Part shown: positions 8,856-15,620 of the stretch, piece after piece
Layout: each line of letters begins with the position of its first letter
Numbering within the stretch: the first letter of the stretch is position 1
Virus record (IMG/VR): IMGVR_UViG_2703718771_000014
Direction: 5' to 3' (one strand)
Origin: a virus
Taxonomy: Duplodnaviria; Heunggongvirae; Uroviricota; Caudoviricetes
DNA: 18,288 nt
Translations under genes and position numbers: made by a program
The notes under the pieces: model-generated
What the model was told of the DNA's origin: nothing
Seen by the model: the letters and a program-made list of their open reading frames with translations, nothing else
Database searches by the model: none

Positions 8856-8880
8856 CAAAAAAGCCCGCTGATAGCGGGCT
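8856..8880 (-). terminator. Intrinsic terminator downstream of the repressor gene
   Basis: On the minus strand: AGCCCGC-TATCA-GCGGGCT followed by TTTTTTG, placed 30 nt after the repressor stop. Confidence 0.7.
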
Positions 8881-8910
8881 GATTGGCATATTACTGTGAT
8901 AGCAAGATCA

Positions 8911-9330
8911 TTACTCCGGTGGGGGATTATCTTTAAGCCTGCCTCTCAAATATTTTTCTACATACTCATCGATTTCTTTTAGCCGGACTTCAAATAGCTC
9001 AATCATTCGTTGTTGTTCTGAGCCAGGTAGCTGGTTAAACAACTCAAGAAGTTTTCGTTGGGATTCATTTAACCACAATTCAGAAGATTCCTGTTCTCCA
9101 AATAGGAGCTCAGGAGGAGATATGCCAAGTGCCTTTCCCAATACGACAGCGTCATGCACTCCAACATTTCTGCTGCCCGCCTCATAGTTACCTATACGCG
9201 ATTGCGTCCATCCGCAGATTTCAGCAAGTTTTCCTTGAGATAAACCAAGCTTCTGCCTGCGCTCTTTAAGACGCATTGCAATTTTGTCATTGAGCCTACT
9301 AGCGGCAATTTTTTCGTTTTCTTTTTCCAT
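8911..9330 (-). CDS. Prophage repressor, XRE-family HTH (CI/RacR analogue), 139 aa, no S24 peptidase domain
   Basis: Track ORF with an HTH segment (LGLSQGKLAEICGWTQSRIGNYEAG). It is divergent from the Cro-like gene across a 96-bp region carrying palindromes, followed by its own terminator. It is too short to carry a LexA-like autocleavage domain. Confidence 0.85.
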   Translation of the reverse strand: MEKENEKIAASRLNDKIAMRLKERRQKLGLSQGKLAEICGWTQSRIGNYEAGSRNVGVHDAVVLGKALGISPPELLFGEQESSELWLNESQRKLLELFNQLPGSEQQRMIELFEVRLKEIDEYVEKYLRGRLKDNPPPE

Positions 9331-9426
9331 TGCATCCTTGTATCACGAATCGTGATTTACATAAAACACAAAACAGATTGACCATATAACACAAGGTGTG
9401 TTTAAAATTGTCATCGGAGGTTTTCA
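9331..9426. promoter_or_regulatory. Divergent immunity control region with two distinct palindromes and a candidate Cro-side promoter
   Basis: Perfect 7-1-7 palindrome ATCACGA-A-TCGTGAT at 9342..9356. AACAC-aaggt-GTGTT at 9388..9402. Plus-strand TTGACC (9378..9383), 17-nt spacer, TTTAAA (9401..9406), then GGAGG (9416..9420) and the ATG at 9427. Confidence 0.6.
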
Positions 9427-9669
9427 ATGAACAAAATTTCAACATATCGAAAACAGCTTGGGCTGTCTCAAAGACAACTTGCTGTTCAGTTAGGGTGGAT
9501 ACAAAGCCGACTGGCAAATTACGAAGCAAATTTTCGTACCCCTGGACTAGAGGAGTGCAGAAAAATTGTTTCTACCCTTAATCGGCTTGGCGCTCATTGT
9601 GGACTTGACGATGTATTCCCCCCAGACGGTAAGCATAGCGAAAACAGCATAGGAGCGGTTGATTCATGA
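9427..9669 (+). CDS. Cro-like / YdaS-like XRE HTH regulator, 80 aa
   Basis: Track ORF with a GGAGG SD and an HTH segment (LGLSQRQLAVQLGWIQSRLANYE). It is divergent from the repressor and its stop overlaps the next start (ATGA at 9666..9669). Confidence 0.8.
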   Translation: MNKISTYRKQLGLSQRQLAVQLGWIQSRLANYEANFRTPGLEECRKIVSTLNRLGAHCGLDDVFPPDGKHSENSIGAVDS

Positions 9670-10088
9670 AAATCAGGCATGAGCACATCGAATCAGTGTT
9701 GTTAGCCCTGGCAGCCGAAAAAGGGCAGGCGTGGGTCGCTAACGCAATTACTGAAGAATATCTGCGCCAGGGGGGCGGCGAATTGCCCCTTGTACCAGGC
9801 AAGGACTGGAACAATCAGCAGAATATCTATCACCGTTGGTTGAAAGGTGAAACGAAAGCGCAAAGGGAAAAAATTCAGAAACTGATCCCTGCGGTTCTGG
9901 CAATTCTTCCGCGCGAGCTGCGTCACCGACTCTGCATCTTCGATACCCTGGAACGCCGTGCATTACTGGCGGCGCAGGAAGCGTTGAGTACGGCAATTGA
10001 TGCGCATGATGATGCAGTCCAGGCCGTTTACCGGAAAGCACATTTCAGCGGTGGTGGGTCGCCCGGCGATTCTGTCGTAGTGCATTGA
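9666..10088 (+). CDS. YdaT-like (CII-like fold) protein, 140 aa
   Basis: Track ORF, translationally coupled to the Cro-like gene. The MKI.HEHI start, the C-terminal ...VVH end and the 140-aa length resemble K-12 YdaT as I recall it. Confidence 0.7.
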   Translation: MKIRHEHIESVLLALAAEKGQAWVANAITEEYLRQGGGELPLVPGKDWNNQQNIYHRWLKGETKAQREKIQKLIPAVLAILPRELRHRLCIFDTLERRALLAAQEALSTAIDAHDDAVQAVYRKAHFSGGGSPGDSVVVH

Positions 10089-10165
10089 TTGAAATTGATC
10101 GTGCCGGATTGTTTTGTTCGGTATCAGTTAAATGTAACGCTGCGAGCGTTACAAGGTGAAAACAA

Positions 10166-10954
10166 ATGGCTTCAAACTGGATAAAGCTCGAGGTTATTAC
10201 GCCGGATAAGCCGGAAATATTCAGGCTTGCTGAGATTCTGAATATTGATCCAGATGCCGCATTAGGGAAGGTTATTCGCTTCTGGGCATGGGCGGATCAA
10301 CAAATGATAGACGGTAATGCAGATTGTAACGCTCGCGGCGTTACAAAAAGTGCAATAGACCGCATCACTTTTATGGCTGGTTTTGCTGATGCGTTAATTC
10401 AGGTTGGATGGCTGGTCGAAAATGACGGTGGGCTTTCTCTACCTAACTTTGAACGTCATAACGGAAAAAGCTCTAAAAAACGGGCGGTTACAAACGAGCG
10501 AGTTACAAAAATACGCGAACTGAAACGAAAAGGTAACGCTGGCAGCGTTACACAAACGGATCAAAAAGCGTTACCAGAGGAAGAGGAAGAGGAAGATATA
10601 AATACTGATCTCCCCCTAAATCCCCCTCGCCAAAAACGAGCGTCTAAAAAATTCGAGCCGGAGGCTATCGAGCTGCCTGACTGGTTGCCGGAAACACTCT
10701 GGCATGAGTGGGTTAAGTTCAGGCAGGCATTGCGAAAACCGATTCGAACGGAGCAGGGCGCTAACGGGGCGATACGGGAGCTGGAAAAATTCCGTCAGCA
10801 GGGTTTTACACCTGAGCAGGTGATTCGACACAGCATCGCCAATGAATACCAGGGCCTGTTCGCGCCGAAAGGTGTTCGGCCTGAGACGTTGCTCCGACAG
10901 GTTAACACTGTCTCGTTGCCGGACAGTGCGATCCCGCCAGGCTTCAGGGGGTAA
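10166..10954 (+). CDS. Replication initiation / replisome organiser protein (lambda O-like N-terminal domain), 262 aa
   Basis: Track ORF with an AGGTGA SD. The N-terminus (NWIKLEVITPDKPEIFRLAEIL...) resembles the phage replisome-organiser N domain. It has an acidic EEEEEED linker, internal iterons, and sits directly upstream of the DnaC-like gene. Confidence 0.75.
   Translation: MASNWIKLEVITPDKPEIFRLAEILNIDPDAALGKVIRFWAWADQQMIDGNADCNARGVTKSAIDRITFMAGFADALIQVGWLVENDGGLSLPNFERHNGKSSKKRAVTNERVTKIRELKRKGNAGSVTQTDQKALPEEEEEEDINTDLPLNPPRQKRASKKFEPEAIELPDWLPETLWHEWVKFRQALRKPIRTEQGANGAIRELEKFRQQGFTPEQVIRHSIANEYQGLFAPKGVRPETLLRQVNTVSLPDSAIPPGFRG
10326..10575. repeat. Iteron cluster (GTAACGC-N5-GCGTTAC and GTTAC half-sites) inside the O-like gene; putative replication origin
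   Basis: Inverted repeats at 10326..10344 and 10533..10551. GTTAC half-sites at 10487..10491, 10502..10506 and 10570..10574, followed by GAGGAA repeats and an A+T-rich stretch. A fourth palindrome lies upstream of the gene at 10134..10152. Confidence 0.55.
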
Positions 10955-10960
10955 CGGACC

Positions 10961-11707
10961 ATGAAAAATATTGCGACAGGCGGCGTTCTGGAACGCATCC
11001 GCCGACTGACCCCGCCACATGTAACCGCCCCATTCAGAACGGTAGCGGAGTGGCGCGAGTGGCAACTTGCTGAAGGCCAGAAACGTAGCGAGGAGATCAA
11101 CCGCCTGAATCGCCAGTTGCGGGTGGAAAAAATTCTGAATCGTTCAGGCATCCAGCCGTTGCACCGTAAATGCTCGTTTGCGAATTACCAGGTGCAGAAC
11201 GACGGCCAGCGATACGCGTTAAGCCAGGCGAAATCCATCGCCGATGAACTGATGACCGGGTGTACAAATTTTGCGTTCAGCGGAAAACCTGGTACCGGGA
11301 AGAATCACTTAGCGGCAGCTATCGGGAATCGCCTGCTGAAAGACGGTCAGACAGTGATTGTGGTTACCGTGGCTGATGTTATGAGCGCCCTGCACGCCAG
11401 CTATGACGACGGGCAGTCAGGCGAAAAATTTTTGCGGGAGCTGTGCGAAGTAGATCTGCTGGTTCTTGATGAAATTGGCATTCAGCGCGAGACGAAAAAC
11501 GAGCAGGTGGTGCTGCACCAGATTGTTGATCGCCGGACAGCGTCGATGCGCAGCGTGGGGATGCTGACAAACCTGAACTATGAGGCCATGAAAACATTGC
11601 TCGGCGAGCGGATTATGGATCGCATGACCATGAACGGCGGGCGATGGGTGAATTTTAACTGGGAGAGCTGGCGTCCGAATGTCGTCCAGCCAGGAATTGC
11701 GAAGTGA
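10961..11707 (+). CDS. DnaC-like helicase loader / IstB-type AAA+ ATPase (YdaV-like), 248 aa
   Basis: Track ORF with a Walker A motif ([10 protein letters not shown]) and a Walker B-like motif (LLVLDEIG). It follows the O-like gene. Confidence 0.9.
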   Translation: MKNIATGGVLERIRRLTPPHVTAPFRTVAEWREWQLAEGQKRSEEINRLNRQLRVEKILNRSGIQPLHRKCSFANYQVQNDGQRYALSQAKSIADELMTGCTNFAFSGKPGTGKNHLAAAIGNRLLKDGQTVIVVTVADVMSALHASYDDGQSGEKFLRELCEVDLLVLDEIGIQRETKNEQVVLHQIVDRRTASMRSVGMLTNLNYEAMKTLLGERIMDRMTMNGGRWVNFNWESWRPNVVQPGIAK

Positions 11708-11729
11708 TTTTTACCGGGAGGAAGTTTTA

Positions 11730-12499
11730 ATGGAAACCGTATTGCATGCACTGAAAGCGATGGGTAAAGCCAATTCTGTTGAACTGGCGGCGCGGCTTGA
11801 TATCAGCCGTGAAGAAGTTCTCAACGAACTGTGGGAACTCAAAAAAATGGCGTTGTTGATAAAACGGGTCACACCTGGTTTCTGGCTGGTGAAGGTGAAT
11901 CCGGGGTAACCGAAGAGCAGCCAGCACAGTCTGAAGTACCGGATGTGCTGACCGGGGAGGTCGAACAAAAAGTTACCGCGGACATGATGATTGAGTTTAT
12001 CTGTCAGGATGGGGCTAAAACGTGTGAGGAACTGGCGGATAAGTTCGGTGTTAGCATTCGCAAGGTTGCTTCCACGTTGGCGGTCGTAACAGCAACGGGG
12101 CGCCTGGCACGCGTAAATCAGAACGGTAAATTTCGTTACTGCATACCGGGCGCTGATTTACCGGCAGAGCCGGAAGCTGCATCGGTAACGGAAACCGATG
12201 GTAAAGCCTTTCCTCAGCCAACAGGTGTTGCGTTACCAGTCCGGGAAGCGGAAACACAGGAAGAAATAAAAACTGAAAGTGTGGCGGTCACAGTGCAGTC
12301 ACAGCCGTTGTTCACCAGAAAACATCCGGATGGTCTGATTTTACCATCGCTGCATGTGGCTAACCGCGAGCTGCGCCGGGCAAAAGGTCAGGTTCAGAAG
12401 TGGGAGCGTGTCTGCGCCGCGCTGCGGGAGCTGAACAAGCACCGGGATATTGTTCGGCAGATTGTCGATTCATCCGGTCGTATTGTGTCGGAAAAGTGA
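11730..12499 (+). pseudogene. Two-domain winged-helix (DUF1627-like) gene split by a -1 frameshift at an A7 run (11841..11847)
   Basis: Frame A (ATG 11730, GGAGG SD) reads [39 protein letters not shown] and stops at 11909. Frame B (track ORF 11831..12499) starts at a GTG with no SD and carries a second copy of the same domain (MIEFICQDGAKTCEELADKFGVSIRKVAS...). One extra A in the run would fuse the frames. Confidence 0.6.
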
Positions 12500-12514
12500 T
12501 TGCCGGAGGCGCTT

Positions 12515-12721
12515 ATGGCGAAACCTTTTACACACGAACAGCGTGAAGAACTGAAGGCCCGAATTATCGGGCTGGTACGCAAAAATGAACGCATGACGAT
12601 ATCACAACTGGAGAGAGCGACGGGAGCAGGCTGGCATTCAGTCAGACGTTGCCTTGTGGATGTACTGGCTTGTGGCGATTTATACATGCCCGGTAAATAC
12701 GGTGTTTTTACATCAGAATAG
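12515..12721 (+). CDS. Hypothetical small protein, 68 aa
   Basis: The ATG at 12515 is preceded by GGAGG at 5 nt. The track ORF starts at a TTG at 12500. Confidence 0.5.
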   Translation: MAKPFTHEQREELKARIIGLVRKNERMTISQLERATGAGWHSVRRCLVDVLACGDLYMPGKYGVFTSE

Positions 12722-12910
12722 GTGTATCGCGTATGGCGTAAGGCAGCGGAGAAAACAACCGACCAGACATTGATTCGAAAGTTACCAGACGGAGAAATAC
12801 GCCGCTACGACAGACAACAGAACATAATCTGTGGCGAGTGCCGGAAGAGTGAAGTTATGCTGCGTGTACTGGCGTTCTATCAGGGCAATTTTCAGGAGGC
12901 GGTACTGTGA
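12722..12910 (+). CDS. Hypothetical small protein with a CxxC pair, 62 aa, GTG start
   Basis: The GTG start directly abuts the upstream TAG stop and there is no SD. Its stop overlaps the next GTG (GTGA). Confidence 0.3.
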   Translation: MYRVWRKAAEKTTDQTLIRKLPDGEIRRYDRQQNIICGECRKSEVMLRVLAFYQGNFQEAVL

Positions 12911-12966
12911 GTGAATTAGCTATCAGGCTTCAATTGTCGCTGGCATTCGCATCAAAGGAGAATGAG

Positions 12967-13551
12967 ATGACCACTTTTACAAAAGAGCAGTTAATCAGTC
13001 ATGTTAGTGAAAATGTAAAGGCGATGAAATTTGCAGTAAAACAGACAGCATTCAAAAATTCTCTCGAGGCAATTGAGTTGGATTTAGCACTGGCCCTTGT
13101 TGCTCAGGCTTCGCTGGAAGCAGAGCCCGTGCTTTATATGAATCGATTTACCGGAAAGACATTCTCACTGGAAGAGCAACCCGGTGCTGATAAGGAACCG
13201 GAAATATACGTGCCGCTATATGCTGCCCCGCCAGACAGCGCCGCCATGCTTCAGGCTGGAAACTTTCGGGAAAAGAAGGGTTCGTCAACCAATAATTTTC
13301 GGGAAATCTCGGAAACGTCAACCAACTATCCGGTAACTCTGGATGGTTGGATAAGCTGTAGTGAGCGAATGCCGGATGACGGTCAGCACGTAATTATTTT
13401 ATGTGATGGCGCATTCGTTCTTTATGCGCAATATCGAGACGGTGAGTTTTTTGATGTAGTCCGTGATGGTGATGAATTTTTCGAAACACAGAGCCGCAAT
13501 GTAACCGACTGGATGCCGCTACCAGAACCGCCGCAGGAGGTGCGCCAATGA
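12967..13551 (+). CDS. Hypothetical phage protein with a DUF551-like C-terminal domain, 194 aa from the ATG
   Basis: The ATG at 12967 is preceded by AAGGAG at 6 nt. The track ORF starts at a GTG at 12907. The C-terminal DGWISCSERMPDD...VTDWMPLPEPP resembles DUF551 as I recall it. Confidence 0.65.
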   Translation: MTTFTKEQLISHVSENVKAMKFAVKQTAFKNSLEAIELDLALALVAQASLEAEPVLYMNRFTGKTFSLEEQPGADKEPEIYVPLYAAPPDSAAMLQAGNFREKKGSSTNNFREISETSTNYPVTLDGWISCSERMPDDGQHVIILCDGAFVLYAQYRDGEFFDVVRDGDEFFETQSRNVTDWMPLPEPPQEVRQ

Positions 13552-13631
13552 ACTGGCCTGAAGCATTTGCAATTACAGGCGTTGCTATGGCTATCGCTTT
13601 TTTAGTATATGTTATTTGTCGGTGGGGGTAA
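13548..13631 (+). CDS. Tiny hydrophobic peptide, 27 aa, one predicted transmembrane helix (below the track cut-off; hand-translated)
   Basis: ATGA overlap with the upstream stop. The translation is MNWPEAFAITGVAMAIAFLVYVICRWG. Confidence 0.4.
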   Translation: MNWPEAFAITGVAMAIAFLVYVICRWG

Positions 13632-13666
13632 AAACGTTCGCCGGGATTAACACCAAAGGAGGGAAT

Positions 13667-13771
13667 ATGTCGGATGATATTTCACTGGCAATGGAAGGTG
13701 CGCTGGCTGTTATTGCTGTTGTGGGCGTTTACTGCCTGGTTGTGTTTTTGATGGATCGACTAGGGAACTGA
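13667..13771 (+). CDS. Tiny hydrophobic peptide, 34 aa, one predicted transmembrane helix (below the track cut-off; hand-translated)
   Basis: AGGAGG lies 4 nt upstream of the ATG. The translation is MSDDISLAMEGALAVIAVVGVYCLVVFLMDRLGN. Confidence 0.5.
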   Translation: MSDDISLAMEGALAVIAVVGVYCLVVFLMDRLGN

Positions 13772-14016
13772 ATTCATTACGATATGGGAATTCCCATATC
13801 GGGTAAAAACGGTTTGCGGTAAAGCGAGAGTTAAGTAGAATTGCTGCGGGTGCTTGAGGCTATCTGCCTCGGGCATGAACACCAACGGCAGATAGAGAAA
13901 AGCCCCAGTTAACATTACGCGTCCGGCAAGACGCTTAACATTAATCTGAGGCCATATCTATGCTCTACACACGTAGGTTAGCCTCTTACGTGCCGAAAGG
14001 CAAGGAGAAGCAGGCT

Positions 14017-14172
14017 ATGAAGCAGCAAAAGGCGATGCTAATCGCCCTGATCGTCATCTGTTTAACCGTCATTGTGACGGCACTGGTAACGAGGAAAGAC
14101 CTCTGCGAGGTACGAATCCGAACCGGCCAGACGGAGGTCGCTGTCTTCACAGCTTACGAACCTGAGGAGTAA
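14017..14172 (+). CDS. hokD: Hok/Gef-family type I toxin (HokD/RelF), 51 aa
   Basis: AGGAG lies 8 nt upstream of the ATG. The translation MKQQKAMLIALIVICLTVIVTALVTRKDLCEVRIRTGQTEVAVFTAYEPEE matches my recollection of K-12 HokD. The track ORF begins at an in-frame ATG at 13960. Confidence 0.9.
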   Translation: MKQQKAMLIALIVICLTVIVTALVTRKDLCEVRIRTGQTEVAVFTAYEPEE

Positions 14173-14240
14173 GAGACCAGGCGAGGGAGGAATCCCTCGC
14201 CACCTCTGATGTGTCAGGCATCCTCAACGCACCCGCACTT

Positions 14241-14264
14241 AACCCGCTTCGGCGGGTTTTTTGT
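14241..14264 (+). terminator. Intrinsic terminator downstream of hok
   Basis: AACCCGC-TTCG-GCGGGTT followed by a T run. Confidence 0.8.
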
Positions 14265-14446
14265 TGCGTGCTGAATGCGTAGGGTGAAAAATAACCATAT
14301 ATTAGATTATATACACAACAAAAAATAAAAGTCATTGTACCTGCACATTAAACAATCAAATATACGGCGTGAAATAAATATTTTTCAGATTAATATTTTT
14401 GTCTCTATGTGGATATAACCTTTTGTACTTATAAACTGGGGGCATC

Positions 14447-14659
14447 GTGGAAAAAATAAAGAAACTATTTAGTAGCAAATACGCAGTCATACGTCGTGAT
14501 GACCTGTCAGTTATAGTCGAAATGGATTACTTCCCTGAAACCCCAAAATCAATGATGTATCGTAATGGTCGAAAGGCAATTTTTTTACCGATGAGGGTAA
14601 GTGACATTATGGGAAATGATAAACTGCTGGATGAATTGCGAGTCAGAGCATCCTGTTAG
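14447..14659 (+). CDS. Hypothetical small protein, 70 aa, possibly Rem-like; GTG start
   Basis: Track ORF starting at GTG. It lies after a strongly A+T-rich region and is itself A+T-rich. Its position after hokD parallels the K-12 Qin order (hokD then rem) as I recall it. Confidence 0.45.
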   Translation: MEKIKKLFSSKYAVIRRDDLSVIVEMDYFPETPKSMMYRNGRKAIFLPMRVSDIMGNDKLLDELRVRASC

Positions 14660-14730
14660 TATTGGCATTAATTCTGTTATACTACATAACGGGCTGAACA
14701 CCCATTCTACTGCGCCAGCGGAGAACTACG

Positions 14731-15330
14731 ATGGCGCATATACAACTGGTCAAACAAACCTCTTCCGGATTACTTCTCCCGGCGACACCGGAGAGTTGCG
14801 ATTTTTTGCATCAAATCAAAATAGGTGAGTGGATACACGCGGACTTTAAGCGAGTGCGTAACTACGCGTTCCACAAGCGTTTTTTCAAACTCCTGCAACT
14901 GGGATTCGATTACTGGACTCCGAACGGTGGGGCGATCACGCCTCGAGAACGAGAACTGGTGTCCGGTTTCGTTGAGTATCTGTGCGAATCAGTTGGTCGG
15001 GAACACACTCCAGCCCTGAGCGAAGCCGCAGAGCAATATCTGAATGCCGTTGCGACACGCAGAACCCGGGATACGGCATTGCTTAAGTCATTTGACGCTT
15101 TCCGCGAATGGGTAACCATTCAGGCCGGATTTTACACCGAACATTTTTATCCGGACGGTAGTCGTGGGCGCAGGGCAAAATCTATCGCATTTGCGAACAT
15201 GGACGAAACCGAGTTTCAGCAGGTTTATAAATCTGTACTGAATGTGCTGTGGAACTGGATCCTGTTCCGTAAATTTTCCTCTCCTGAGGAAGTCGAAAAT
15301 GTGGCCGCACAGTTACTGGAGTTTGCGTAA
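14731..15330 (+). CDS. Phage protein, DUF1367-like (YdfU-like), 199 aa
   Basis: Track ORF with GGAG upstream. Its stop overlaps the next start (TAATG). Confidence 0.7.
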   Translation: MAHIQLVKQTSSGLLLPATPESCDFLHQIKIGEWIHADFKRVRNYAFHKRFFKLLQLGFDYWTPNGGAITPRERELVSGFVEYLCESVGREHTPALSEAAEQYLNAVATRRTRDTALLKSFDAFREWVTIQAGFYTEHFYPDGSRGRRAKSIAFANMDETEFQQVYKSVLNVLWNWILFRKFSSPEEVENVAAQLLEFA

Positions 15331-15620
15331 TGGTGGATTTACGTAAAGCGGCGCGGGGGCAGATGTGCACCGTCAGAATTCCTGGCTACTGCAATCACAA
15401 TCCCGAAACTTCTGTGCTGGCGCATTACAGGCTGGCGGGGACGTGCGGAACAGCGACAAAACCACACGATATGCAGGCAGCGATTGCCTGCAGCTCATGC
15501 CACGATTTAATCGACGGGCGGGTAAAAACCAGCGATTACACCAAAGAAGAATTACGCCTGATGCATGCAGAAGGTGTTTTTCGTACGCAAGAAATCTGGA
15601 GAAAGGAAGGTTATTTATGA
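15330..15620 (+). CDS. Cys-rich small phage protein (putative zinc-binding, DUF1364-like), 96 aa
   Basis: Track ORF with conserved-looking cysteines (C13, C21, C39, C54, C57). Its stop overlaps the Q-like start (ATGA). Confidence 0.65.
   Translation: MVDLRKAARGQMCTVRIPGYCNHNPETSVLAHYRLAGTCGTATKPHDMQAAIACSSCHDLIDGRVKTSDYTKEELRLMHAEGVFRTQEIWRKEGYL

Noticed and set aside
8550-8882. 110-aa plus-strand ORF overlapping the module leader, promoter and repressor terminator
   Set aside because: It overlaps the minus-strand promoter and terminator elements, has no SD, and runs antisense to the start of the small module gene.
10577-10596. GAGGAA tandem repeats as a possible repeat element
   Set aside because: They encode the acidic EEEEEED linker of the O-like protein and probably form part of the origin region, not a separate repeat element or CRISPR-like array.
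13960-14016. In-frame upstream ATG extending Hok by 19 residues
   Set aside because: The canonical Hok start at 14017 has a strong SD and the extension has none. The extension would add a charged N-terminus not seen in Hok proteins, though a mok-like regulatory role is not excluded.
15365-15616. N-terminal 84 codons of the 268-aa track ORF upstream of the Q-like gene
   Set aside because: This stretch is an alternative-frame overlap of the Cys-rich gene and reads as Arg-rich junk. The real start is the ATG at 15617, which has an AGGAAGG SD and ATGA coupling.
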